From Candidatus Latescibacterota bacterium (GTDB lineage: Bacteria; Latescibacterota; UBA2968): 64,000 nucleotides of DNA. Every line of letters starts with the position of its first letter. Position 1 is the first letter of the stretch. Under the pieces are notes generated by a model. It did not search any database. It saw nothing but the letters and a program-made list of their open reading frames with translations, and was not told where the DNA came from. The stretch lies in NCBI GenBank assembly GCA_965207885.1, contig OZ242311.1, positions 4,064,001 through 4,128,000 on the forward strand, in the 5' to 3' direction. Shown piece by piece: positions 9,407-19,054 of this stretch. A program made the translations under genes and the position numbers.

Positions 9407-11644
9407 ATGTCTCACCGTATATTTGCACACAGGCGTTCGTCAAAATATCGCCTGTTGTTGATTGCGATCCTTGCATTACTCGTATATGTGAGCCAGATTT
9501 CTGTACAGGGCATGTCGCCCGGGGAGGTCACACCTGATCAGGATGAACTTACCCAATCATCCGCCCTGGAGAGCACGGGTGGAGTACAAAATCTGGATGT
9601 GTCCAATGCGGTGCTCTCCTTTACGCAACAAGCGACCACTTGCCCCGGTGATTTTGACGGCAATGGGATGGTCAACATCGCTGATTTTCTGCTCTTTACC
9701 GGCGTGTTTGGCACCTCTTCAGGCGATGCCAATTACAACGCGCTTATGGATATGGACGGCAATGGTGAGATCGGCATCGCTGATTTTCTACTCTTTACCG
9801 GCGTGTTTGGCACCACCTGCGAGGTATCGTCACAGCAGTACGATGAGTTCACGAGTTCCCAAGGCCGCACGATCCGATACCGCTTGTATTTTGATGATGC
9901 GTGGAACCCCCGCGAGCCACGCGGCCTTTTGATTTTTTTTCACGGTACCAACAATGGTACGGAGCAACAGATGCTTGAGTGGTTCAGAGGGTTCGCGCAG
10001 TTGGCTCAGGACGAAGGTCTCGCGTACGCGGTTGTTGCTTCGCCGGCATCGGAGGGGGAGGGGCATCCATTCCGTCTGCTCGGTTCCTTGTTGAATGGAG
10101 GCGGTCGGAGGTATTGGGTTCCGAGGGATTATCGGCTGGTCCATGAATTGCTGCAGAGTGGTTTCAACGGGTCAATGGTCATCGACTACGATTCCATAGT
10201 GTTCTACGGTGGCTCGCAGGGGACGATCTTTCTTATTGATTTCGTTGAGCGATATGCGGGCGTGTATGGTGGAGGACTCTGGGCTTCGTGCGGCGGTGTA
10301 GGGGACGACGGTGTGACGTTTATGCGCGATTACGGTTTGTCGGAATGGGAACCTCTTTTCTCCTGGACTCCGTCGTCGTCCGCCTTTGTCAGAGAGCGTT
10401 TTCGCGTTTTCGTAGAAGCCACCACTGGCGATTTTTTGCACACGAGGGCGGTTTTGACCGCCCATTACTACTCAGAAATCCTTGGATTGGATGTGGAGGC
10501 GGAATTAGAGGCTCCCGGCGGCCACTGCGCAGACGGGCTTGTCAAATGGACAAGACGGCAAGTCGTTCCGTGGTTAGCGGATGGCGGTCGCCAAATGCGG
10601 ACACAAATACCACGCGATGGCGATGCCGATGGCGACGGGATCGAAGACGAACGGGACAGCGATGCCGATGGCGACGGATCACTCAATTTCATTGACGCGC
10701 TTCCGCTGGATGCCCGCGACTGGCTGGATACCGACGCTGATGGTATTGGCAACTTCATGGATCGCGATGCAGACGGAGATGGTGTGGATAACGCTGCTGA
10801 CCCGTTCCCGCTAGATCCTGGCGAAAGCCGGGATACGGATGGCGACGGCGTGGGCGACAACCTTGATGACGACGACTCCGCAGGGCTTGCGTTGAAGAGG
10901 GTGATGTCCAGTTATGCTAAGTTTCCATCTGGTATTCGATCAAGCAAAGTCCATGCGCGGAAGCCCCCCGGGATTCGTTATCCGCCGCCAGAAGGGAATC
11001 GACAAGTTTACCTGTATCTGGAACTTGGGAATGGAGAAGTCATAAATATCATGGTTGACAGATTCGACCGGGACGAGCACTGCGAGACAACCCTGATTGA
11101 GGGACTGTGCGGCGACAACGACACCAAATATGCCGGTTACTGGGACGAGTATATCGACAAGATCTGGGTCGATCGGAACAACAACAGCATTCTGACAGAC
11201 GATGGTCCCCCACTCGTGCTTGGACCACTACATGTGAGGGTCGGTTGGAGGCCAGCTGTTACTACCGATGTTAAAGTTTCGTACGCTTCGGGCAAGAAAC
11301 TTCCCTACTGGCTCCAACTCTCGGTGCATTCTGATCTGGCCAGAGGTGTGCGTTATTTCGGAGGCAGCATCTGGACGGGTTCTGTAGAGACGCCTGCCGG
11401 AGAGCGGATTCTGGTAGCGACAGCTGACCTGAATGCGGATGGCCTGTTTGATTCGGAAGACAAGGACATCGTTTGTATTGATCTTGACCGAAACGGCGCA
11501 TTCAATGAGTGCCTTCTGGGCGAAGATAGGAGAACAAGGCCAGGCGCTTTTAGGCCCGGCGAATACTTCATCCTTGACGGACACGAACTCCAGGTTATCG
11601 TATCGCCATCAGGGCAGGATGTCGAAATCATCGCTGCGCGCTGA
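9407..11644 (+). CDS. Exported multidomain protein: dockerin/EF-hand-like pair, alpha/beta-hydrolase-like domain, thrombospondin type 3-like Ca-binding repeats
   Basis: GDFDGNGMVNIADFLLF twice; FFHG...GGSQG nucleophile elbow...GGH; DADGDG..D..D.FP repeats. Confidence 0.75.
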   Translation: MSHRIFAHRRSSKYRLLLIAILALLVYVSQISVQGMSPGEVTPDQDELTQSSALESTGGVQNLDVSNAVLSFTQQATTCPGDFDGNGMVNIADFLLFTGVFGTSSGDANYNALMDMDGNGEIGIADFLLFTGVFGTTCEVSSQQYDEFTSSQGRTIRYRLYFDDAWNPREPRGLLIFFHGTNNGTEQQMLEWFRGFAQLAQDEGLAYAVVASPASEGEGHPFRLLGSLLNGGGRRYWVPRDYRLVHELLQSGFNGSMVIDYDSIVFYGGSQGTIFLIDFVERYAGVYGGGLWASCGGVGDDGVTFMRDYGLSEWEPLFSWTPSSSAFVRERFRVFVEATTGDFLHTRAVLTAHYYSEILGLDVEAELEAPGGHCADGLVKWTRRQVVPWLADGGRQMRTQIPRDGDADGDGIEDERDSDADGDGSLNFIDALPLDARDWLDTDADGIGNFMDRDADGDGVDNAADPFPLDPGESRDTDGDGVGDNLDDDDSAGLALKRVMSSYAKFPSGIRSSKVHARKPPGIRYPPPEGNRQVYLYLELGNGEVINIMVDRFDRDEHCETTLIEGLCGDNDTKYAGYWDEYIDKIWVDRNNNSILTDDGPPLVLGPLHVRVGWRPAVTTDVKVSYASGKKLPYWLQLSVHSDLARGVRYFGGSIWTGSVETPAGERILVATADLNADGLFDSEDKDIVCIDLDRNGAFNECLLGEDRRTRPGAFRPGEYFILDGHELQVIVSPSGQDVEIIAAR

Positions 11645-11774
11645 CGGCGTGGTCGAGTCGGTAACGGAAGCGGATGCGCTTGAGCAACCTGTACCTATCG
11701 ATGTTGTAAAATTTCGGCCTGGAAATCGATCACTTCGGCCAGAGTACCGGCACGTTAAAAGGATTTGAATAAAA

Positions 11775-14240
11775 ATGAAAAAAAGCGTTCTATTCCTCCT
11801 GATTGGCATTTTTCTCTTAGCGACTGCCTGGGCAGAAGGGGATGCGACATACAAAAACACCGTGCGGACGTTTCTGGCGCAGCGATGTTATAAATGCCAC
11901 GGCGCAGAGCTTCAAAAAGCAGACCTGCGGTTTGACACCCTCACATTGGATTTTCACAATGAAGATGTCTTGCTCACATGGCAAAACATCGCCGACATGT
12001 TAAATCTCGGCTTAATGCCGCCCTATGAAGAGCCGCAGCCCGAACTGGCTGAGATGAAACCCGTAATCGACTGGATCACCGCCTCGCTAAAAGCGCATCA
12101 CGAAGCCGAAGAAAGCACGGGCGGACAAACGGTCTTGCGCCGATTAAATCGGAACGAATACCGCAACACCATTCGGGACCTGTTGCATCTGGACATGACC
12201 ATGTTCGACCCTACAAATGCATTTCCCCAGGACGATGAAGAACACGGATTTGACAACATCGGCAAAACACTCGTCATGTCGGATTTCCTGCTCGAAAAAT
12301 ACCTCGACGCCGCCGATCAAATTGTGGAACTCGCCGTATTGCCCGGCCCACAGCCGAAAGCGAAGACCTATGCGTTTGGGTCTCCTCTCATGCGCGGGGG
12401 CGGTGGCTTTTTGGCGTCGGCGGGCCGCCGCTTGAAGCAGGGATACGACGAACTATTCCGCCGTCCCGACGACCGCTGGGGATACATGTCCATCGACAGA
12501 TTCCGAAAAGGCGTACCGCATTCGGGAATGTACCGCGTACGCGTTCGCGCATCTGCACACAACCAGCAACATCCCTACGATAGAATACTCCGAACAGATG
12601 AAAATGAACCCATACGCATGGGAATCGTGACGACGTCGGGACGTTATGGCGATTTGAGACGGGGCAATGCATCGGATGTGCCGTTGATCGAATTTGAAAT
12701 GATCGCAGACGGCAAACCGCGCGATTATGAATTTGAACGCTATCTGGATAAGTCTTATCTGCCGCGCGTCACCTATCCAAACGGACCGATCAGTTTTTTT
12801 TGGAGAAATCTTCTAAGGCACTATCATTTCCAACTCCTCAACAGGACGGATCGGCGCAAGCTGACGCGAGAAGAGAGTCAAAAGATCGTAAATCAGCAAA
12901 CAGAGATCCTGGTGCAGAATTATCAGGGACCGAGCATTCGCGTGTATGAAATCGAGATCGAAGGTCCGTTTTACGACCAGTGGCCTCCGCCTTCGCACAC
13001 GAGCATCTTTGGCAAACGCGATCCCGACAAAGTCAAACCGCGCGATATCCTGACCCGCTTTGCAACGCGCGCGTATCGCCGCTCGGTCAAACACAGTGAA
13101 ATCGCGCACATCCTGCAACTGGTCGAGCAGGAAGAAAAAGCCGGCGCCTCGCGCGTTCAGGCCATCACAATGGGCTTAAAAGCCATCCTGTGTTCTCCCA
13201 ACTTCCTCTATCTCTACGAAAACGAAGGCCGATTAGACGACTACGCACTCGCGTCCAAGCTGTCGTATTTTCTCTGGTCATCCATGCCCGACGAAGAATT
13301 ATTTGAGCAGGCCAGGAAAAAGCGATTGCACAAACCCGAAGTTCTGCGTGCGCAAATTGATCGCATGTTAAAAGACGAAAAAGCGCAGGCATTTGTAGAG
13401 AACTTCACAGAGCGCTGGTTGGCCCTGTACAAAATCGGCGAAATGCCGCCCGACCCGCGCAATTTCCGACTGTACTATCAGGCGCATCTCGAAGACGCGA
13501 TCAAAAAAGAAACCCACGCCTATTTTCAGCACATCCTGGACAAAAACATGAGCATCGCGCATTTCATCGACTCGGACTTCACCTTCGTCAATCGCGACCT
13601 GAGCTTGTTATACCGCATAGAAGGCATAGAAAGCCGGGAATTTCGCAAAGTAAAACTCAACGACCCCAACCGCGGTGGCCTGCTGGGACACGCCAGCGTA
13701 TTGACGGCAACCTCCAACGGAATCGAAACCTCGCCCGTAGTGCGCGGCGTATGGGTATTGGAGAATATATTGGGCATCACACCCCCACCACCCCTGCCCG
13801 ATATCGAACCGATCGAACCCGACATACGAGGATCGACGACCATACGCCAGCAACTGGCAAGCCACCGCAATATCGCCACCTGCAACGAATGCCATCGCCA
13901 CATCGATCCATTGGGCTTTGCACTGGAAAATTTCAATCCCATAGGCGCGTGGCGATCTGGTTACGGTCCCAAGAAACCAAAAATAGATGCGTCAGACGTC
14001 CTGTCTGACGGCAGCAAATTCGACGACCTTGTGGGCTTTAAGAAAATATTGATGCAAAAGAAAGATCAATTTGCCCGCTGCCTGACCGAAAAAATGCTCA
14101 CCTACGCGACCGGACGCACGCTGGAAGCCACTGATCGCCCCGAAGTGGATCGCATCGTACACAACTTAAAAACACAGGGCTATGGCTTGAAAGACCTGGT
14201 CCTGCTCATCGCGACGAGCGAACCGTTCTTGACCAAATAA
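11775..14240 (+). CDS. DUF1592-family (planctomycete cytochrome c, PSD-type) protein
   Basis: CYKCH and CNECH heme motifs; LRRLNRNEYRNTIRDL, LASKLSYFLWSSMPD, TSPVVRGVWVLE, IDPLGFALENF. Confidence 0.9.
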   Translation: MKKSVLFLLIGIFLLATAWAEGDATYKNTVRTFLAQRCYKCHGAELQKADLRFDTLTLDFHNEDVLLTWQNIADMLNLGLMPPYEEPQPELAEMKPVIDWITASLKAHHEAEESTGGQTVLRRLNRNEYRNTIRDLLHLDMTMFDPTNAFPQDDEEHGFDNIGKTLVMSDFLLEKYLDAADQIVELAVLPGPQPKAKTYAFGSPLMRGGGGFLASAGRRLKQGYDELFRRPDDRWGYMSIDRFRKGVPHSGMYRVRVRASAHNQQHPYDRILRTDENEPIRMGIVTTSGRYGDLRRGNASDVPLIEFEMIADGKPRDYEFERYLDKSYLPRVTYPNGPISFFWRNLLRHYHFQLLNRTDRRKLTREESQKIVNQQTEILVQNYQGPSIRVYEIEIEGPFYDQWPPPSHTSIFGKRDPDKVKPRDILTRFATRAYRRSVKHSEIAHILQLVEQEEKAGASRVQAITMGLKAILCSPNFLYLYENEGRLDDYALASKLSYFLWSSMPDEELFEQARKKRLHKPEVLRAQIDRMLKDEKAQAFVENFTERWLALYKIGEMPPDPRNFRLYYQAHLEDAIKKETHAYFQHILDKNMSIAHFIDSDFTFVNRDLSLLYRIEGIESREFRKVKLNDPNRGGLLGHASVLTATSNGIETSPVVRGVWVLENILGITPPPPLPDIEPIEPDIRGSTTIRQQLASHRNIATCNECHRHIDPLGFALENFNPIGAWRSGYGPKKPKIDASDVLSDGSKFDDLVGFKKILMQKKDQFARCLTEKMLTYATGRTLEATDRPEVDRIVHNLKTQGYGLKDLVLLIATSEPFLTK

Positions 14241-14336
14241 AAACAAACTGGATTATTGGCGTCAATGACACCTGTTGCTCGTCACGCCCCTGCTTAGAGC
14301 ATATAAAGGACTTCTTGAACAGCCTGGAAGAGAACC

Positions 14337-14504
14337 ATGAAACGCGATCCTATTGTTGAAGAAATTCACCAGACGAGACAGAAACTCCTACAAGAGTGTG
14401 GTGGCGATATCAACCAGTTAATGGACCGCTTAAAAGCCGCTGAAATACAAGACCGATATCGCGTGGTCAGCACCATCTCTGTCCGCAAGACCTCATTCTC
14501 ATAA
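14337..14504 (+). CDS. Small hypothetical protein (55 aa), resembling DPIVEE-type small proteins often paired with PIN toxins
   Basis: Hand-translated MKRDPIVEEIHQTRQKLLQECGGDINQLMDRLK...; below the ORF track cutoff. Confidence 0.55.
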   Translation: MKRDPIVEEIHQTRQKLLQECGGDINQLMDRLKAAEIQDRYRVVSTISVRKTSFS

Positions 14505-14588
14505 TCAGGGTTATAGGAATAACAAATATCAATCACAGGCTTGAACACAAGCCTTAAATACTCCACCAAAAGGGGGAATGCCAAGCCT

Positions 14589-15527
14589 ATGATAGATGAA
14601 CTGAGTAAAATTCGCCATGCGCGTTTTCGTATGGAGATGGTGGCGGTTGACCGCTTAAAATTGCCGTCCTATAAAGGATCGACCTTTCGAGGAGCTTTTG
14701 GGCATGCGTTCAAAAGGCTGGTGTGTGTCAAGCGGGATATGGACTGTTCGACGTGTCTGATCTGCGCCCAGTGCGTTTATTATTATATTTTTGAGACACC
14801 GTTTAGCGGTGGGGAAGATAGCCGAGGTTACGCTTTTGCGCCACATCCGTTTGTGATTGAACCGCCCGGTGAGACGCGCCAGATTTACGAGATGGGCGAT
14901 GATCTACCCGTCGGCCTTGTTCTGGTGGGGCGGGCACTGGATTCTCTGCCGTATTTTATTTATGCCTTTGAAGAAATGGGACATCGGGGCTTGGGTACAG
15001 GGCGCGGCAAAGTTGCGCTGAAGCGGGTTGTTGCGCTGAGTGCGGCGGGCGAACAATGCATTTATGAGGCGGATACGGGCATATTGGATCTGGATTACCC
15101 GGTTTCCACGGGGTTGTCCAGTGGAGAAGAGATCGGGCCACTATTGCATCTGCGGTTGCAGACCCCGCTCCGTCTCAAAACACGGGGGCGCTATGCTTCT
15201 CGACTCGATTTTTCCTTGCTGGTGCGTGCGCTACTGCGGCGCATTTCAGATTTGACGCGCTTTCATTGCGGTGCGGAACTGGAGCTAAATTACGATCAGT
15301 GGATTGCGCGGGCAGAAAAAGTGCAGACTGCGGCGGTGAATACGCGCTGGTACGATTGGGAGCGGTATTCATTGCGCCAGGACCAAAAGATGAAATTGGG
15401 CGGTCTGGTGGGCGATGTGGTTTTTACCGGGGATATAGAGCCGTTCATGCCGCTTTTGCGCCTGGGCGCAGACTTGCATGTGGGCAAGGGCACGGGCTTT
15501 GGCCTGGGGCGTTATGAGATTTTGTGA
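14589..15527 (+). CDS. cas6: CRISPR pre-crRNA processing endoribonuclease Cas6
   Basis: GSTFRGAFG, Cys cluster, PHPFV, TPLRL and C-terminal G-rich loop HVGKGTGFGLG; lies upstream of cas1/cas2. Confidence 0.92.
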   Translation: MIDELSKIRHARFRMEMVAVDRLKLPSYKGSTFRGAFGHAFKRLVCVKRDMDCSTCLICAQCVYYYIFETPFSGGEDSRGYAFAPHPFVIEPPGETRQIYEMGDDLPVGLVLVGRALDSLPYFIYAFEEMGHRGLGTGRGKVALKRVVALSAAGEQCIYEADTGILDLDYPVSTGLSSGEEIGPLLHLRLQTPLRLKTRGRYASRLDFSLLVRALLRRISDLTRFHCGAELELNYDQWIARAEKVQTAAVNTRWYDWERYSLRQDQKMKLGGLVGDVVFTGDIEPFMPLLRLGADLHVGKGTGFGLGRYEIL

Positions 15528-15534
15528 GGGATAG

Positions 15535-17436
15535 ATGGCGGACATACAGGACATGTTGCATCAGGCGCGACAGCATATCGAGGCAGAGGAATTTGATCGC
15601 GCCGAGAGTTTGTGCGCCGATGTACTGGTGACCGATCCGGTTAGCGTGCTGGCGCACCAGTTGATGGCGCGGGTGTGGCTGGGGCGGAACGAACCAGATA
15701 AGGTGCGCGACCGCATCGCGTATCGCGACCAGTTGCCCTGCGATGAACACTATGTCGAATGGGGTCTGATCGCCGAGGAGGTGGAGGCGTTGGAAACCGC
15801 GGTTCAGATCTATGAAGACCTGCTAAAACGGGCACCGGAAAATGGCGTGGTGCTCTACCGATTGGGCCTGATCTGTCTGGAACGCGGCGAGCGGGACAGG
15901 GCCGTGGGCCTGTTGCAGCGCGTCCTGCGGGTGAGTCCAGATCACGCTGCGGCTGCTTTTGAACTGGCGCAATGCTATGTCGAAGACGAGTTGTGGGGGC
16001 TGGCCGCAGATGCCTATGAGCGGGGCCTGGCGAGCGATCCGGATAATGAGGAGGCGCAGACCGCACTTCAGGTGGTGATGGCGCGGATGCGAGAGTTGGC
16101 GCAATTGCCCAGCAGCGAGGTGCCGTCTGGAGAGGGGGCCGCGCGGCGGATGCGGATCTTATTTGCCGGACGGGAAGGGATGCATGCGCGGCAGTGGATA
16201 GATGAGGATGGTCGGGTCGGGTACAGTCCGGTGCAGGAGCCGCTTGCCGATCATCTGCTCTCTCTGCATCTGCAAGGCTCGGCGACTTTGGGCGTGTACC
16301 CGGTGCGGGCAGATCAAACAGTGCTTTTTGGCGTTATTGATATCGATATCCGCAAAAGTGCCCTGAAAGCGGGCGAGGCAGGGCAGTCCGTATCTGATCG
16401 GCTTCAAGAGTTGGTGCTGGCCGACGCCCGGCGACTATCACGGCGGTTCGATGAATTACACCTGCCGGTCTATGTGGAAGACAGTGGATACAAGGGGGTG
16501 CATCTGTGGCTTTTTTTTGCGGAGCCGGTGCCCGCGGCAGTGGTGAAGCGTTTTTTAGAGGCGGTTGTCCAGCGGGTCGGTCCGCCTGGGCCAGAGCTTC
16601 AGTGGGAAGTTTTTCCCAAGCAAGAGCAAGTCGCTGAAGATCAACTGGGCAATTTGATCAAGTTGCCGCTGGGGATTCATCTGAAGACCGGGCGAAGGTG
16701 TTTGTTCACGGATTTGGAAGGGCAAGAATACAGCGACCAGGAAGGTTTCCTCCAGCGCATCCAGCAGGTCGAGCGACAGGCTTTTGAACAGGCGGTGTCC
16801 CGATTGGTGGCGCCACCTGAACAAGGTGGTGTTGCCGGGTCAGTGGAAACACTACGAGAAGCTTTTCCCGAGTACGAAGCCCTTTTCAAGGGGTGTCCGG
16901 TGCTGGTCGCTCTGATGGAAAAAGCCGTGATTACGCATCATCTCACGCACGATGAACGCCTGGTGCTCAAGTGCGTTTTGGGACATTTGGACGATGGTGG
17001 GCACCGGCTGATCCACGGTATTATAGGGCATTGTCTCGATTACTCCGAGAAGATTACGCAGCAGCAGATTGAGCGCACGCCGCCCTATCCCATCAGTTGT
17101 CCCAAGATTCGCCAGCGTCTCCCCGAGGTTACTTCGACGGTCAACTGCGCGTGTGTGTTCGATTTGCCCGAAGGGGGGTATCCTTCTCCGCTGTTGCATC
17201 TCGATGCAACTTTTACCAGAGGTCGGTCACAAAGTGCAGACCGCCACGGGCCTCTGGTGGATAAATACGTGACTTTGCAGCGGGATTACCAGCGGTTGAA
17301 ACGCGAGTTGGCGCAACTCGAAGACGATTTGTACTATGCCATTACCTCGGCAGATCAGGATGAATTGCGGGCCGGTGGATGGATTTTGCGCCGGGATGGA
17401 GACGGGCGTTTCCAGGTGGAGGTTGACCTGGGGTGA
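15535..17436 (+). CDS. CRISPR-associated primase-polymerase (CAPP): TPR + AEP catalytic domain + Cys-rich C-terminal domain
   Basis: N-terminal TPRs; FAGRE..ARQW, GVYP, AEP motif I DID, motif II SGYKGVH, EVFPKQ, GNLIKLPLGIH..TGRR; C-terminal CP...SCPKI...CAC..YPSP; stop overlaps the cas1 start (GTGA). Confidence 0.9.
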   Translation: MADIQDMLHQARQHIEAEEFDRAESLCADVLVTDPVSVLAHQLMARVWLGRNEPDKVRDRIAYRDQLPCDEHYVEWGLIAEEVEALETAVQIYEDLLKRAPENGVVLYRLGLICLERGERDRAVGLLQRVLRVSPDHAAAAFELAQCYVEDELWGLAADAYERGLASDPDNEEAQTALQVVMARMRELAQLPSSEVPSGEGAARRMRILFAGREGMHARQWIDEDGRVGYSPVQEPLADHLLSLHLQGSATLGVYPVRADQTVLFGVIDIDIRKSALKAGEAGQSVSDRLQELVLADARRLSRRFDELHLPVYVEDSGYKGVHLWLFFAEPVPAAVVKRFLEAVVQRVGPPGPELQWEVFPKQEQVAEDQLGNLIKLPLGIHLKTGRRCLFTDLEGQEYSDQEGFLQRIQQVERQAFEQAVSRLVAPPEQGGVAGSVETLREAFPEYEALFKGCPVLVALMEKAVITHHLTHDERLVLKCVLGHLDDGGHRLIHGIIGHCLDYSEKITQQQIERTPPYPISCPKIRQRLPEVTSTVNCACVFDLPEGGYPSPLLHLDATFTRGRSQSADRHGPLVDKYVTLQRDYQRLKRELAQLEDDLYYAITSADQDELRAGGWILRRDGDGRFQVEVDLG

Positions 17437-18431
17437 TTCTCTATGTGACAGATCAGGGTACGGGGGTTTATCGCCGCGGAGAGCGGTTGCAAGTTCGGCG
17501 GCACAAGCAAGTGCTGACCGAGGTGCATTTGCACGATCTGGAACAGGTGGTGCTTATGGGGCAAATCGCGCTTTCTTCTCAGGCGATGAGCACGTTGCTC
17601 GAAAAAGGGGTGGATACGGTTTTTCTGAGTACCAATGGACGGTATCGGGGGCGGCTGGTTGGCCCAGCGCGGCGCAATGTGGTGTTGCGACAAAAGCAGT
17701 TTAAGTGCTATGAGGATGAGCAGTTTCGTCTGCGTGTGGCGCGGGGTGTGGTGGAGGGTAAACTCCGCAATATGCGGACGCTGCTCATGCGTCTGGCGCG
17801 GCGGCGCAAGGTGGATGTGGGCACGGTGGCGCATAGATTGCGCCGGTCAATTCAGCAGGTGGGACAGGCGACCAGTGCCGAGTCTCTGCGCGGGATTGAG
17901 GGGGCGGGCACCGCGGCTTATTTTGGTGTGCTTGGGGCTTTTTTCCCCGAAGGATTCGCGTTTCAGGGGCGCAACCGCCGTCCGCCGAGAGACCCGGCCA
18001 ACGCGCTGCTCAGTTTTGGGTATGCCCTGCTGGGCAATAGCATAGAAGGCGCGATTTATCTGGTTGGTCTCGATCCGTATCTGGGTTTTCTGCATGTGGT
18101 TGATTATGGGCGTCCTTCTCTATCACTGGACTTGATGGAGGAGTTTCGGCCCGTGCTGGTGGATGCGCTGGTGCTGGATTTGATCAACCACAATCGGGTG
18201 CAGAGCGCGGATTTTGAAGCGCGGGATGGGGGCGTATTTTTGCAGGGCGAGGGCCGCAAGCGGTTGATTGAGGGGTACCAGCGACGTCTTGAAGACCGGG
18301 TAACTTATCCCGTGGGGGGCGAGCGGGTGGAGCGGATTTCTTACCGGCGTTGCCTCGAATATCAGGTGCGTCGATTGGCGCGGGTGATTATGGGCGAGGA
18401 GGCTCAGTACAGGGCTTTTCTGGTGCGTTGA
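17433..18431 (+). CDS. cas1: CRISPR-associated endonuclease Cas1
   Basis: LYVTDQG, LRGIEG, RNRRPPRDPANALLSFGY, GLDPYLGFLH, SLSLDLMEEFRP. Confidence 0.97.
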   Translation: MILYVTDQGTGVYRRGERLQVRRHKQVLTEVHLHDLEQVVLMGQIALSSQAMSTLLEKGVDTVFLSTNGRYRGRLVGPARRNVVLRQKQFKCYEDEQFRLRVARGVVEGKLRNMRTLLMRLARRRKVDVGTVAHRLRRSIQQVGQATSAESLRGIEGAGTAAYFGVLGAFFPEGFAFQGRNRRPPRDPANALLSFGYALLGNSIEGAIYLVGLDPYLGFLHVVDYGRPSLSLDLMEEFRPVLVDALVLDLINHNRVQSADFEARDGGVFLQGEGRKRLIEGYQRRLEDRVTYPVGGERVERISYRRCLEYQVRRLARVIMGEEAQYRAFLVR

Positions 18432-18474
18432 GATGTTTGTAACGATCCGCAGGCATGTCCCTGCGGGTGTAAGC

Positions 18475-18522
18475 AGGGATGGACACAGAGAAAAAATGAG
18501 GGATGGACACAGAGAAAAAATG
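18475..18522 (+). repeat. Perfect 24-bp tandem duplication at the cas2 start
   Basis: AGGGATGGACACAGAGAAAAAATG at 18475-18498 and 18499-18522. Confidence 0.9.
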
Positions 18523-18795
18523 TTTGTGACGATTTGTTTTGATATCAGTTCTGACCGCACGCGCCGGCAGGCGACCCGGGTGCTGGAGGCTTATGCAACG
18601 CGGGTGCAAAAGAGTGTGTTCGAATGTCGCATTGCCGAACGGCAATTTGTCGAGTTGCGGCAGCGCATGAGTCAAATTGGTCTGGCTGAAGGCGATCTGG
18701 TGCGCTATTATACGCTGTGTCGCGCATGCGAGCGTAAGATCGAGTTTACCGGCGGTTCTCCCCCGCAGGATGAAAAAGATCATCTGATTGTTTGA
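18520..18795 (+). CDS. cas2: CRISPR-associated endonuclease Cas2
   Basis: MFVTICFDIS..R, RVQKSVFEC, D.VRYY.LC..C; alternative in-frame start at 18433. Confidence 0.95.
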   Translation: MFVTICFDISSDRTRRQATRVLEAYATRVQKSVFECRIAERQFVELRQRMSQIGLAEGDLVRYYTLCRACERKIEFTGGSPPQDEKDHLIV

Positions 18796-19054
18796 TAGCT
18801 GGTCTTTGCGACCCGGATTAGAAAGGGTTTGTCAATATGGCGCATTGAATTTCTACTGCTTTTAATCGGTGGGAATTAGCTACGTCACTTAACCCTATTC
18901 TGGGTCGCGAATTTGTAATTTCTTGTCCTACAATAGATTAACAGAAAGGGACTTCTATGATTGAAGAAAAATGGATGGATAAACGCCTGTCAATATGGCC
19001 TGAGTCGCAAAAGCACCTCAAACAGACTGTGACTCAACAAGTTAGAAAGGAGGG
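18796..19054 (+). promoter_or_regulatory. CRISPR leader
   Basis: AT-rich non-coding stretch between cas2 and repeat 1; GCGACCC/GGGTCGC inverted motifs; TGTCAATATGGC direct repeat at 18830 and 18988. Confidence 0.8.
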
